A stretch of 64,000 nucleotides of DNA from Candidatus Krumholzibacteriota bacterium (GTDB lineage Bacteria > Krumholzibacteriota > Krumholzibacteriia > LZORAL124-64-63): NCBI GenBank assembly GCA_039714075.1, contig JBDLKA010000004.1, positions 25,782 through 89,781 of the forward strand, in the 5' to 3' direction. The notes beneath the pieces are model-generated. The model worked only from the letters and a program-made list of their open reading frames with translations, searched no databases and was not told the DNA's origin. Both the position numbers and the translations under genes were made by a program. Of this stretch, positions 8,726 through 19,355 are shown one piece after another (position 1 is the stretch's first letter; every line of letters starts with the position of its first letter).

Positions 8726-10390
8726 ATGATCAACCTGACCAACATCTCCAAACGCTACGGCCGTCAGATCCTTTTCGTGGAGACCTCCTTCCAGCTCAAC
8801 CCCGGCGAGAAGGTCGGCCTTGTCGGTCCCAACGGCGCCGGCAAATCCACCATTTTTCGTCTGATCGTGGGTGAGGAAGATCCCGACGAGGGCACCGTTT
8901 CCGTACCAAAGCGCACGACCATCGGCTACTTCCGTCAGGATATCGGCGAGATGTCCGGGCGCTCGGTGCTGGATGAAACCATCGCCGGCAGCGGCCACCT
9001 GGGTGAACTTCACCACGAGTTGAAGGACCTTGAACTGGCCATGGCCGATCCGGAACGGGCCGACGAGATGGAGAAGATCCTGGCTCGATTCGGCGAAGTG
9101 CTGGAGATCTACCAGGGACAGGGCGGCTACGACCTTGAAGCCCGCGCCCGCATCGTCCTTGGTGGACTGGGGTTCACCGACGACCAGATCGCCGGCGACT
9201 CGGGCGCGCTTTCGGGCGGCTGGAAAATGCGGATCGGCATGGCGCGCGTGCTGCTGGCCCGGCCCGACGTGCTGCTCATGGACGAACCCACAAACCACCT
9301 GGACATCGAATCGATCCTCTGGCTGGAAAAATTCATCAGGGACTACCCGGGCGCGGTTCTGCTCACCTGCCACGACAAGGATTTCATGAACCGGGTGGTC
9401 AGCCGGATCGTGGACATCGACGGCGGCGAATTCATCGCCTACACGGGCGATTACGACCACTACGTCCGGCAACGGGCCGTGGCCGAAAAAAACCGCGAAG
9501 CCACCTACGCCCGCCAGCAGGCCATGCTGGCCAAGGAGCGCCGCTTCGTCGAACGATTCGCCTCACACGTGGCCAAGGCGGCACAGGTACAAAGCCGGGT
9601 CAAGAAGCTGGAGAAGATCGAACTGGTCGAGCCGCCGCGAAGGCGCAAGATTGTCGAATTCAAGTTCGAGGCTCCCCCGCGCTCCGGGGACGATGTGGCG
9701 GAACTGGTTGGCTTGTCGAAGGCGTATGGACCCCGCGTGATCTACGACGACTTCAGCCTCAAGATCCGGCGCAAGGAACGGTGGTGTGTTCTGGGGCGCA
9801 ACGGCGCGGGAAAGACCACCCTGCTCAAGTTGGTGGCCGGCAAGTTGGCGGCCGATTCCGGGTCGGTGCGACTCGGGGCCAACCTCAAGGTGGGTTACTT
9901 CGCCCAGCAGTCCCTCGAGCAACTCGACCCGGCGCTTACCGTTTTCGAACATGTTCAAAATTCATTTCCCGTCGAGGGCCGCGGTGTGTTGTGCAATCTG
10001 CTGGGAGCGTTCCAGTTCTGCGGCGACGATATCGACAAGCCGACCCGCATTCTTTCAGGCGGTGAAAAATCGCGCCTGGTGCTGGCCCAGATGCTGTTCG
10101 ACCCGCCGAATTTCCTGATTCTGGACGAGCCCACCAACCATCTCGACCTCGAGACCAAGGAAATGCTCGTGGATTCACTGGCCGATTTTGAAGGCACCAT
10201 GCTCTTCGTCAGTCATGACCGGACGTTTTTGAGGGGGCTCAGCAACCGGGTTCTGGAGTTGCGACCGGGCGACCAGGATGTGAAGGGGAAGACAGAGGGT
10301 GTGCCTGCCCAGCCGCCGCTGGTTTATGACGGCACCTACAGTGAGTTCGTGGCCCGGACGGGGAATGAGGCCTCGGGGGTTCACAGGTAA
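8726..10390 (+). CDS. ABC-F family ATPase
   Basis: Two ABC domains (GPNGAGKST / LSGGW / DEPTNHLD and GRNGAGKTT / LSGGE / DEPTNHLD); no TM segments. Confidence 0.93.
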   Translation: MINLTNISKRYGRQILFVETSFQLNPGEKVGLVGPNGAGKSTIFRLIVGEEDPDEGTVSVPKRTTIGYFRQDIGEMSGRSVLDETIAGSGHLGELHHELKDLELAMADPERADEMEKILARFGEVLEIYQGQGGYDLEARARIVLGGLGFTDDQIAGDSGALSGGWKMRIGMARVLLARPDVLLMDEPTNHLDIESILWLEKFIRDYPGAVLLTCHDKDFMNRVVSRIVDIDGGEFIAYTGDYDHYVRQRAVAEKNREATYARQQAMLAKERRFVERFASHVAKAAQVQSRVKKLEKIELVEPPRRRKIVEFKFEAPPRSGDDVAELVGLSKAYGPRVIYDDFSLKIRRKERWCVLGRNGAGKTTLLKLVAGKLAADSGSVRLGANLKVGYFAQQSLEQLDPALTVFEHVQNSFPVEGRGVLCNLLGAFQFCGDDIDKPTRILSGGEKSRLVLAQMLFDPPNFLILDEPTNHLDLETKEMLVDSLADFEGTMLFVSHDRTFLRGLSNRVLELRPGDQDVKGKTEGVPAQPPLVYDGTYSEFVARTGNEASGVHR

Positions 10391-10506
10391 GGACAAAAAG
10401 CAGCGGGGGCATAGGCGGCGACGGGGCGCTTTTTTACCAAGATAATTATGATAGGCTGCAGATAGATATCCAGTTGGTGTCAGCCACCCGACGGAGCAGG
10501 TCATCC

Positions 10507-11055
10507 TTGGAATCGTTTGCCAAAGCCAGGGAGTTCGTGGAGCACCGAGGTTACGTCCGCGTCCGGCAGAAGTCTATTGCCGCGCTGAAGCTTGCTTCCA
10601 TCGATGATCCCATCAAGGATATCATTGAGGGATTCGCCGAACTCCCGCATTGCTTCACCCTTCAGTGTTGCTATGGACACTTCCTTTGCACACCCGAGCA
10701 GGACCTTCACAATTTTGAGCCGATTCCCCTCGGGTTTTCCGGTCGGGCAACCTATCGAATTGCTTACATCGCTTTTTGTCTGGAGAATAGCCGGCGTGGG
10801 AAAGCACTTAGGCAGTCACTTGCCCGACTACCGGCGATTGATCCCGACTACATCCAGTTCGGGTCAGCGGATTGGTTCTGGGAACGGTGGGTGAATTCGT
10901 ATGCTCTGCAGGTCGAACCCAAGGCCCACATGTTGAAGGATGAGGCCGTTCTGGGACCGGTTGAAGCACGGCACACTCAGGCTGTTCGCGATCATTTTTT
11001 CGGGGAGCTCAGAGTGTTGCTTGCTGCAGAACTAAATGAGAATGAGACAGGCTGA
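10507..11055 (+). CDS. Hypothetical protein
   Basis: Open frame with protein-like composition (IDDPI...FTLQCCYGH), filling the gap between flanking genes; probable TTG start at 10507 after GGAGCAGG. Confidence 0.65.
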   Translation: MESFAKAREFVEHRGYVRVRQKSIAALKLASIDDPIKDIIEGFAELPHCFTLQCCYGHFLCTPEQDLHNFEPIPLGFSGRATYRIAYIAFCLENSRRGKALRQSLARLPAIDPDYIQFGSADWFWERWVNSYALQVEPKAHMLKDEAVLGPVEARHTQAVRDHFFGELRVLLAAELNENETG

Positions 11056-11114
11056 CAAGAGCTTCCACCTGACAAAGCCAGCATTTCCCCAACTCCCCCA
11101 TTGTTCCCACAACC

Positions 11115-11142
11115 AGAAAAGTGCCCCCGGGGGCACTTTTCT
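11115..11142. repeat. Perfect 28-bp loopless palindrome, probable terminator or REP-like element
   Basis: AGAAAAGTGCCCCC|GGGGGCACTTTTCT between convergent genes. Confidence 0.85.
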
Positions 11143-11178
11143 CAAGTGATATCAGGGATAGGCTGCAGGGAGGTAAAA

Positions 11179-13083
11179 CTATTTGGCCAGCAGCATCCGA
11201 CGCGTTTCCACTTCGTCCCCAGCATGCAAACGATAGAAATACACCCCCGTAGCCACCGTCCTCCCTGCCTGATCCCTTCCCATCCAGACCTTTTCGTGCT
11301 GCCCCGCTGCCTCGCTGCCGGAGTACAAAGTCCGCACCAGCCGTCCAGCCAGATCAAACACCTGAAGATCCACCTGGCCCGCGCTTTCCAGCTCGTACTT
11401 GATGGTGGTCGATGGGTTGAAGGGGTTGGGCACGTTCTGATGCAGCACCACTCCAGCCAGGACACCCGTACCCGGAACCGGGCTCAACTCGGGCTGGAAA
11501 ACCTTCCCCACGAATTCCGGCCGGTCGATAAAGGGATTCCGGTTGCCCTGGATGTCATAGACCGCCTCGTTGCGGTCGACCTCCTTGGCACTGACCGGAT
11601 CGTCGGCGTTCCATTCCAGCAACAGGGCCTCGGCCCAGGGCAGCAGTGTCGCGCCGGAAGTCATGTCGCTGCCGGGCCAGCCCGCGTCTTCCCCGAAATA
11701 CCGCGTGGTCATGTAGAAGTAGGCGCGGGCGAAATCGCCTTTGTACTCGTCGATGGGTTCGAAGACGGTCCCGCTATAACCCGGATAGGCGCAGGGTCCC
11801 AACCGGCTCCCGTTGAGCGAGGTCCAGGTGGGCGAATTCACCTCGCCGAAAGGAAAGCTGCCCCGCTTGTTGTTCACCTCGTTGTCCGTGGGGACGACCA
11901 TGAACACGTCGGAATACATGGGAGAGGTCGCGCCGTACCAGCTGCTGGGCCAGGAATGTTCGCGGTTGTAACCGGTTCCCTCGGTGCCGGCGGTTCCCCC
12001 CTGGTCGACGCCGAAAGTGTATTCGTAAGGCGGCGTCCCCCCGGGCACGTCCGAGTACATGTCCCAGACCTTGCCGTTGGGCTTGTCGTCCGTGGTGTAG
12101 AAGGCCGACCATAGGCCGTCGTAACTGATGACCGTATGATTATCGATGATGTTGTGCAGGGCCGCCCGCAGGGGCTCGCCGATCAGACCCTCGGCGGAAG
12201 TGTAATAACCCGGCGGGATGTTCGCCCCGGGAATGGTATAGGAGTCCTCGCCGGAGACCGTTTCGGCCGGAATGTCGTTGGCCGCGGTGACACTGAAATA
12301 GATAACGGTTCCCGCGACCTGGCCGGGGATCGGGGTGGCCGTCTGGAAGGTGTCGCCACCGGTGTTGGTCATGGTGATGGGATTGATCAGCGCGCCGGAT
12401 ATCGTACCCCAGTTCAGGGTCACGGCCGTGATGTTGGCGACCGCATCGGTGACCGCCGCCTGCACGTCAACCGTCTCGCTTTCCACCGGAGATGCAGGCA
12501 CCGTGGTGATGGATCCGATGACCGGACCATCCCCGGCCACCGCGCTGTGCGTTCCCGGCGTGGCTTCGCTGGGATAATCGACGGGAGTGGCCGTCCACTC
12601 GGCGGCGTTATAGGCCGGGCTGGGCGAGGTGACATCCCCGTTCCGCACCATGGTCATGTTCTCGAACGCGACACCGGGCACCACGATGTCGTCGACGACA
12701 GTACCCAAGTCGTTTTTCAACCGGGCGCCGTCACCGATCTTCCCGTTCCAGGTGGAATTGCTGGTCGACCAGGCCTCGGCCGGAAAATCGACCGGGAAGA
12801 CGTCGACCGTGGTCTGGTCTCCCGCCACCAGGGCCTGTCCCGGAGCAATCGTTCCCGACAGGTTCCAGGTAAAGATCTCGACGGAGTTTCCCATCGCCAC
12901 GATCTGCCAACCGGTCAGGTCCTCGGCCGTCGCGCCGGAGTTGTAGATCTCGATGTACCGGTCGGTCAGGTAATTGACGCGGGGGTCGCAGAGTTCGGAC
13001 ACCAGGACGTCGGCCTGCGCGGCCGGAGCCAGGGCGGAAAAAACAAGCAGAACCAAGGCGAGTTGGGCGATGACCATTTTCAT
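11179..13083 (-). CDS. Secreted endonuclease I family nuclease with lamin-tail domain and C-terminal FlgD-Ig/T9SS-like domain
   Basis: Signal peptide; lamin-tail motif YIEIYNSG; nuclease motifs NREHSWPSSW, KGDFARAYFYM and QGNRNPFID; PNPFNPST C-terminal domain. Confidence 0.9.
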   Translation of the reverse strand: MKMVIAQLALVLLVFSALAPAAQADVLVSELCDPRVNYLTDRYIEIYNSGATAEDLTGWQIVAMGNSVEIFTWNLSGTIAPGQALVAGDQTTVDVFPVDFPAEAWSTSNSTWNGKIGDGARLKNDLGTVVDDIVVPGVAFENMTMVRNGDVTSPSPAYNAAEWTATPVDYPSEATPGTHSAVAGDGPVIGSITTVPASPVESETVDVQAAVTDAVANITAVTLNWGTISGALINPITMTNTGGDTFQTATPIPGQVAGTVIYFSVTAANDIPAETVSGEDSYTIPGANIPPGYYTSAEGLIGEPLRAALHNIIDNHTVISYDGLWSAFYTTDDKPNGKVWDMYSDVPGGTPPYEYTFGVDQGGTAGTEGTGYNREHSWPSSWYGATSPMYSDVFMVVPTDNEVNNKRGSFPFGEVNSPTWTSLNGSRLGPCAYPGYSGTVFEPIDEYKGDFARAYFYMTTRYFGEDAGWPGSDMTSGATLLPWAEALLLEWNADDPVSAKEVDRNEAVYDIQGNRNPFIDRPEFVGKVFQPELSPVPGTGVLAGVVLHQNVPNPFNPSTTIKYELESAGQVDLQVFDLAGRLVRTLYSGSEAAGQHEKVWMGRDQAGRTVATGVYFYRLHAGDEVETRRMLLAK

Positions 13084-13316
13084 TTAGGAACCTCGTTTGA
13101 ATCGATTTTACTCCTGATTTCAATAAGTAATTTTATCACAACCGCAGTAAAAATCAAATTATCGGAGACCTTGACCCTGAAGGTTCATTTCCATCAACAA
13201 AGTGCCTGACGGAACCCTCTCCCTGCTGGCCAGACTCCGCAGAATGCGTATATCATCCAGCCAAGCATCAACCGAACCGTAACACGGCGGCCCGCGCCAA
13301 AGGCGAGTAATAGAAC

Positions 13317-15248
13317 ATGCCCGACATCCAAAGCGTCCTGCTGTTCGTGGTGGGATTCATTCTCATCGCCGTGGCGGCCGAACGCCTGGGTGAAAAGTTC
13401 ACCCGCTTCCGCATGCCCCTGATCACCGGTTACCTGCTGACCGGGATGCTGGCCGGACCCTACGTCCTGGACCTCATCACCGCCGAGGCCACCCTTCGCC
13501 TGCGCTTCGTGGACGAGATGGCGCTGGGCTTCATCGCCTTCGCCGCCGGCGGCGAACTGTACGTGCGCGAACTCAAGGGGAAATTCCGCGGCATCGCCTG
13601 GGTGACCGGTGGACTGGTCATGGTGACGTTCGTGTTCGGATTCGTGGCGGCCTTCCTTCTGTCGGGCATGATCCCGGGCCTGGCGTCCCTCAGCCCCGCC
13701 GTGCGGGCCGCCGCCTCGTTGCTGGCCGCGGCCATCCTGGTGGCCAGGTCTCCTTCCTCGGCCATCGCGGTGACGAAGGAACTGCGGGCCCACGGCCCCT
13801 TCACCAAAACAGTCCTGGGCGTGACCGTGATCATGGACGTGGTGGTCATCGTCGCCTTCGCCGGCGCGGCCGCGGTGGCCGACGCCCTGATCTCCACCGA
13901 AGCCCTCGATTTCAGCTTCCTGGGTCTCCTGGTCGCAGAACTGGTGGCCTCGCTGGTGGTGGGAGTCCTGGTGGGATACATCGTGGGCTGGGTGGTCAGC
14001 CGGAGGATGTCGGGCAGCTTGAAGTCCGCCGTCATGCTGGCCCTGGGGTACGGTGTCTTTTTCCTTTCGCACAGCCTGGCGCAATTCAGCCAGACCTACC
14101 TGCCCTGGGAATTCCTGCTCGAGCCCCTTTTCACCTGCATGGTGGCCGGTTTCGTGGTCACCAACCGGACTTCCTACCGCATCGATTTCGCCAATATCCT
14201 GCACGATACCGGGCCGCCGGTGTACGTGGTGTTTTTCACCTTGACGGGAGCCTCGCTGGCGCTGGACGTCCTGGCCCAGACCTGGATGCTGGCCATCATC
14301 CTGTTCGCGGTTCGCCTGGTGGCGATTTTCCTGGGTTCGAGCGGCGGCATGGCCCTGTCCGGCGCGCCGGCCCGGCACAGCCGGATCGCGGGCATGGCCT
14401 TCATCACCCAGGCGGGCGTCGGCCTCGGACTGTCCAAGGAAGTCGCGGTGTCGTTCCCCGGTTGGGGCGAATCGCTGGCCACGGTGATGATCGCGGTGAT
14501 CGTCATGAATCAGATCGTGGGTCCGCCCTGCTTCAAGTGGGCCTTGCACCGCGCGCGCGAGACGCACACCCGCGCCACGGTCGGTGAAGACAAGACACCC
14601 CGTTACGCCATCGTCTTCGGCCTGGGCGGCCATGGGCAGACCCTGGCCCGCCAGCTGCGCCAGCACGGCTGGGAGGTGCGCATCGCTTCGCGCCGCGCCA
14701 AGGAACGGCAGGCCGAGGTGGACGCTTCGGATCTCGACATCCAGCCCATCGGCGGCATCAACCTAGAGGCCCTGCAGGATCTTGAGGCGGACCGGGCGCG
14801 GGCGGTGATCGGACTGCTTTCGGACGAGGACAACCTGACCCTCTGCGAACTTCTCTACGAACACTTCGGAACCGAAACCTTGATCGTGAACCTGCACGAC
14901 CGGGAATTCCTGGAGCAGTTCCGCCAGCTGGGCGTATGTGTCGTGGATCCGGGCACGGCGCTGGTCAGCCTGATGGACCATTGCGTGCGCTCGCCCGCGT
15001 CGACCTCGCTGCTGATGGGTCTGGATCCCGAGCAGGACGTGGTCGACATCGTGGTCCGCAACCGCGACCTGCACAAGGTTCCGTTGCGGGATCTGCGGCT
15101 TCCGCTCGACGTCCTGGTCCTGTACGTCAAGCGCGGGGACCGCCTGATGCACTCGCACGGGTTCACCCAGCTCGAACTGCATGACCACGTGACGTTCGTG
15201 GGATCGGAGGAAAGCCTGGACGAGGTCAGGCTGAGGTTCCAAGCGTAA
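13317..15248 (+). CDS. Cation:proton antiporter with TrkA-N/TrkA-C (RCK) domains
   Basis: About 12 TM helices, then Rossmann-like IVFGLGGHG and a C-terminal RCK_C-like segment. Confidence 0.85.
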   Translation: MPDIQSVLLFVVGFILIAVAAERLGEKFTRFRMPLITGYLLTGMLAGPYVLDLITAEATLRLRFVDEMALGFIAFAAGGELYVRELKGKFRGIAWVTGGLVMVTFVFGFVAAFLLSGMIPGLASLSPAVRAAASLLAAAILVARSPSSAIAVTKELRAHGPFTKTVLGVTVIMDVVVIVAFAGAAAVADALISTEALDFSFLGLLVAELVASLVVGVLVGYIVGWVVSRRMSGSLKSAVMLALGYGVFFLSHSLAQFSQTYLPWEFLLEPLFTCMVAGFVVTNRTSYRIDFANILHDTGPPVYVVFFTLTGASLALDVLAQTWMLAIILFAVRLVAIFLGSSGGMALSGAPARHSRIAGMAFITQAGVGLGLSKEVAVSFPGWGESLATVMIAVIVMNQIVGPPCFKWALHRARETHTRATVGEDKTPRYAIVFGLGGHGQTLARQLRQHGWEVRIASRRAKERQAEVDASDLDIQPIGGINLEALQDLEADRARAVIGLLSDEDNLTLCELLYEHFGTETLIVNLHDREFLEQFRQLGVCVVDPGTALVSLMDHCVRSPASTSLLMGLDPEQDVVDIVVRNRDLHKVPLRDLRLPLDVLVLYVKRGDRLMHSHGFTQLELHDHVTFVGSEESLDEVRLRFQA

Positions 15249-15301
15249 GCGGCCGGGATGGTGTCCATGCAAATTGACGAAAATGTTCATAGGTTGTTTT
15301 C

Positions 15302-16162
15302 ATGAAAATGGCTCCACAGCACGTCTTTATCATGGTCCTGTTCGTCGCGTTGTTTGCGGGCGGCGCGGCTGTCGCCGTCGAAAACGAAACTGATACTGAT
15401 ACCGATACCGTTTCCGAAACCGAAAGCGAAAACCGCAACGTACTGGATGACGCCCTCCACGGCGGCAAGATCCTGGTCCACGACACCGCGCACATCCTCG
15501 TCTCCCCGTTCCGCATGGGCAAACGTGACGCGCTTCAGCTGGGGGCCATCCTGGCCACCACGGGAATTTTCCTGGTCTTCGACGAGGAAATCCACGGCGC
15601 GGTGACCAGGAATGCCGACGAGTTTCCCGTCAAACCCCTGGCGGAAGTGGGCCGGTTCCTGGACCCGCTGGGCTACGGCAGCATGAATGTGTACTACTTC
15701 GGGGGTCTGGGGGCCTCGTATGCCGCGGGCTGGGACACGGGCACGGCCATGTTCGGGCAGATTCTCACGTCTTTTGCGGTCTACGGAATTTTAAAACGTC
15801 CGGTCGAAGCCGTGGTCGGCCGCAGCCGGCCCTACGAAGGCGAAGGGGCCTACTCCTTCGGCAACAGCGACGCCACCTCGTTCTTTTCCGGACACACCAT
15901 CAACATCTTCCAGCTGGCCACCATCACCAGCCACCATGTCGCCCGCCCCTGGTTCACCTGGCTGGCCTATTTCGGGGCCGGGAGCGTGGCCGTGCAACGC
16001 ATCGAAAGCGACGCCCACTGGCCCAGCGACGTGTTCCTCTCGGCGGCCTTCGCGGTGGCGGTCTCGCGGGGCGTCATCGCGCTGCACGAGGGGCGCAAGA
16101 TGTCCGTGGTTCCCCACGCCGGAAACGGTGGGGCCGGAGTCGCCCTGGTCTGGCGCTTCTGA
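15302..16162 (+). CDS. PAP2 family phosphatase
   Basis: K..GRSRP, SFFSGH and R.....HWPSDV motifs; signal peptide. Confidence 0.85.
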   Translation: MKMAPQHVFIMVLFVALFAGGAAVAVENETDTDTDTVSETESENRNVLDDALHGGKILVHDTAHILVSPFRMGKRDALQLGAILATTGIFLVFDEEIHGAVTRNADEFPVKPLAEVGRFLDPLGYGSMNVYYFGGLGASYAAGWDTGTAMFGQILTSFAVYGILKRPVEAVVGRSRPYEGEGAYSFGNSDATSFFSGHTINIFQLATITSHHVARPWFTWLAYFGAGSVAVQRIESDAHWPSDVFLSAAFAVAVSRGVIALHEGRKMSVVPHAGNGGAGVALVWRF

Positions 16163-16190
16163 CCCCGGTCTTCTGATCCCTGCTTTCCGA

Positions 16191-19190
16191 TCAACGCACC
16201 CAGGTCACCTTGCGCACCATGTGTTCGTCCGTGCGCGGTCCCTTGACCGAAAGCCGCACCAGGTACTGGCCGCTGGCGACCGTCCGGCCCTCGCCGTCAC
16301 GTCCGTCCCAGACGGCCACGTGCGTTCCCTCGGGCGCTTCGGTGCGCATCACGGTCCGGATCCTCCGGCCCCGGATGTCGAAAACCTCCAGTGAAGCCAC
16401 GGCCCGTTCCGGCAGCGAGAACGAGAATTGTGCCTGACTCGATGCCGGGTTGCCCGTCGCCAGAGCGAACCGGACACGCGTGATTCCCGACGAGGACGGA
16501 TCGTCCACACCGCTGACGATGTCTTCCGGGCACTCCCAGCAGCCGGTGCGTTGCGGATCGTGTCCCTGCATGGCCCAGGTGGCCCACGACGAACCCGGAG
16601 CGTTGTTCAGATCGAAGATCATCAGCTGCGATTCATCCAGGACGACGAGTTCGGTGCTTCCGTCCAGATCCAGATCGCCCATGGCCGCGGTCTGGTGCAC
16701 GTAGCTGGGGGTCGCTCGGGGCCACCCGCCCAGCAGGTTGCCGAAGTTGTCCCACGCCCGGATCTTCTTGTCCCGGGCCCCGATGATGACATCGCCCGAA
16801 GCCCCTTCGATCTCGCCCATGATGGGATCCGCGTAGATCCACCAGCCGACACCCGTACTGACGGGATATCCGACTGCGGAACCACCGTGATAATAGGCCA
16901 GATGGACTTCGTAGTTCTGAGCCGCGAATGCGATCTCTGGCTCACCTGTACCCAGGCAATTGGCCAGCGCGGCGCTGGACAACGGGTAAGTGTCACCGGT
17001 GTAATAGGGCCAGCCTGGAAGTTCCGTGCCGTCGTCGTCCAGAGCGTGCATGTACCCGTTGACCGTGGGCACCAGGACTTCCACGTCTCCGTCGCTGTCC
17101 AGGTCGCCCAGGGTCGGTACGTCACTGATGGTGGTCGGCATGGTTTCGGCGAACGACACCAAGCCCGACGGATGGTAGGACGCCACCCAGTGGGTACCGG
17201 CGATGACCAGCTCGTTCAGGCCGTCGCCGTTCACATCACCGATGGCCGCCGGGTGCAGGAGAGGCTCAACCGTGGCCGGGAAGAAGAACCCCGGCGGGAC
17301 CCGGCCGCTGTAATTGAAGGCTTCGGCATGGCTGCCTGCACACACCGCGACCACGCGGTGGTAGGGCGGGCCGAGGGTGCCGATGCTGACGTGGGCCTCT
17401 GCGGAATCGATGGCGCTGATCGGCCAGCCTGGAATCAGCGTGCCCGAGGGGTCGTACAGGAAGATCTGCCCGTTTACGGCGCCGACCGCAATCTCGGGCG
17501 ATTCGTCACCGTTCAAGTCGCCCACGGCCACGGGACTGCCGGACAGGGTCACCCCGGGCACCACCGGCCAGCCGGCCACCGGAGTACCATCGTGGTGCAG
17601 GGCCACCACCTGATCGCTGTCGTTGCTGAAAATAATTTCCAGATCGCCGTCACCGTCGAGATCGACTACCGCCGGAGCGGTCTTGGGCGGGTGCAGCAGT
17701 TCAATGGGTGAATCCGGCTCCTCGACCGGCCAACCGGGATCGTTGAACCACTCCGCGTCGAACAGCATCTCGCGACCGCTGACTTCATAGTGGTATGACC
17801 AGAAAGCACCGATCCGTTCACCCTGGGCAAGGTTCAGGGCGGCGGGATAACAATTGACGGAAACGATGCCCTCGTGCGCACCATCCGTGAAAACCTGGGG
17901 ATCCGACCAGACCGTCGGCGCGGAAGCAGCGGCCCTTATGATCTCGGTTCCATGTCCGAAATTGTTCATGATCCAGGTATCGGTACTGGACTGCCAGACC
18001 AGACCCCGCACGTCCCCGTACCCCAAATCAAAAGACGTGGGCCAGGTGGTGCCCTGGTCAGCGGAGGCACGGATTTCGATATGGGAACTTGTGCCGGGTG
18101 GGTCGAAATCGTCCGTGATCATGACTTCGTCCCCTGTTTGCGAGGCCGCGATAAGGGGAGCCCGGTTTTCGAAACCGTCCGAGGTCGAGGACAGGGCAAG
18201 AACGGTGCCCCAGGAGCCGGAACCGCCGCTGGCGAAGGAATCGGCTCGCCGGTACCGGAAGGCCGAGTCGAAGGCGCCGTTGGTGGATATGAAAGACCAG
18301 ACGACGTGAACCTTGGAGTTGAAGCCGTAGGCGACACGGGGATTCCAGTAATCGCGATCAGCCACAGCCAGCTCGGCGATTGTGTATTCGGTTTCCCAAC
18401 TGTCGCCCTGGTTCGTGCTGCGGGCGAACCAGATCTTGTCGTGGTCGATGCCCCGGCTCCGGGCCGTCAAGTAAAGGTAGTAGCTGCTGAAGTTTGGGGC
18501 ATCTGTCGCCATATGGGGAGTCCAGACGTGTTCCCCCGTCGATTCGATGGCGGCGACCTCGGTGAACACGGGGACCGCTGCCGACAGCTCCGCGTGAACG
18601 ACGACGATATATTCGTTGCCCACGGCAGGTGTTTTTCGACAAGCGACGAAGCAGCGATCCTGGGAGCCCTCCGCAATAAGAATTTCAGCATTCCCGTACC
18701 GCACCGACGGACTGGGGTCCGCTATGGAACCCCACAGGGGCCAGGTCAGTCCGCCGTCGGTCGAACGATGGATATCGATCTGGTCGTTCGACACGGCGTT
18801 GGGCACACCCTGGGCAATATACCCGTACCCGTTGCTGTCGAATGCCGTGGACGGGTATTCGGGAATATCTGCAAACGGTATGGCATACATCAGCACGTCG
18901 TCGCCACCGATTTGTTCATGGGTCGTGGCTTGTTTATCGGCGCCAAACGATGTCACCATGCCATCGTGTTGAGAAGTCCCCGATTCCCGGACTTCGATCC
19001 GGGTCCGACCGGATCCAGGTATCACGGGTTGCAGGTCGGGGGGGAAAATCTTCACGCTCGAGCCGTCATCCGGCGGAGGTGGGGTTGGTGTACGTTCCAA
19101 TTCAGCCGAGACCGGGACCACCGTGCACACCAGCAAGGCAAAAACCGGCAGCCATATCCGTAACGATGATTGAATTAGCGGGTTCTTCAT
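16191..19190 (-). CDS. Secreted protein with BNR/Asp-box and FG-GAP-like repeats and C-terminal FlgD-Ig-like domain
   Basis: Asp-boxes STDGGLTW, STNQGDSW, SADQGTTW; repeated DLDGDGDLE / PGWP units; C-terminal VFDIRGRRIR..WDGRD..SGQY. Confidence 0.85.
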   Translation of the reverse strand: MKNPLIQSSLRIWLPVFALLVCTVVPVSAELERTPTPPPPDDGSSVKIFPPDLQPVIPGSGRTRIEVRESGTSQHDGMVTSFGADKQATTHEQIGGDDVLMYAIPFADIPEYPSTAFDSNGYGYIAQGVPNAVSNDQIDIHRSTDGGLTWPLWGSIADPSPSVRYGNAEILIAEGSQDRCFVACRKTPAVGNEYIVVVHAELSAAVPVFTEVAAIESTGEHVWTPHMATDAPNFSSYYLYLTARSRGIDHDKIWFARSTNQGDSWETEYTIAELAVADRDYWNPRVAYGFNSKVHVVWSFISTNGAFDSAFRYRRADSFASGGSGSWGTVLALSSTSDGFENRAPLIAASQTGDEVMITDDFDPPGTSSHIEIRASADQGTTWPTSFDLGYGDVRGLVWQSSTDTWIMNNFGHGTEIIRAAASAPTVWSDPQVFTDGAHEGIVSVNCYPAALNLAQGERIGAFWSYHYEVSGREMLFDAEWFNDPGWPVEEPDSPIELLHPPKTAPAVVDLDGDGDLEIIFSNDSDQVVALHHDGTPVAGWPVVPGVTLSGSPVAVGDLNGDESPEIAVGAVNGQIFLYDPSGTLIPGWPISAIDSAEAHVSIGTLGPPYHRVVAVCAGSHAEAFNYSGRVPPGFFFPATVEPLLHPAAIGDVNGDGLNELVIAGTHWVASYHPSGLVSFAETMPTTISDVPTLGDLDSDGDVEVLVPTVNGYMHALDDDGTELPGWPYYTGDTYPLSSAALANCLGTGEPEIAFAAQNYEVHLAYYHGGSAVGYPVSTGVGWWIYADPIMGEIEGASGDVIIGARDKKIRAWDNFGNLLGGWPRATPSYVHQTAAMGDLDLDGSTELVVLDESQLMIFDLNNAPGSSWATWAMQGHDPQRTGCWECPEDIVSGVDDPSSSGITRVRFALATGNPASSQAQFSFSLPERAVASLEVFDIRGRRIRTVMRTEAPEGTHVAVWDGRDGEGRTVASGQYLVRLSVKGPRTDEHMVRKVTWVR

Positions 19191-19355
19191 TGTCGGGACC
19201 TCCCTCCAGGACCTGTTTTTCTGTTCACGCTCCTTTTGCTATTCTCACCAAGATCCGAGCGGCTCAGGCCAATTGCGTCCGGGGCTCCAGTGGATCTTGG
19301 ACCTTGTTCTGAATTTTGAATTTCACTTTACTTTAACACATGTGGTGGACCCGAT

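Noticed and set aside
15385..15430. ACTGAT/ACCGAT short tandem repeat
   Set aside because: Encodes a low-complexity ETDTDTDT linker with synonymous variation; not a contingency locus.
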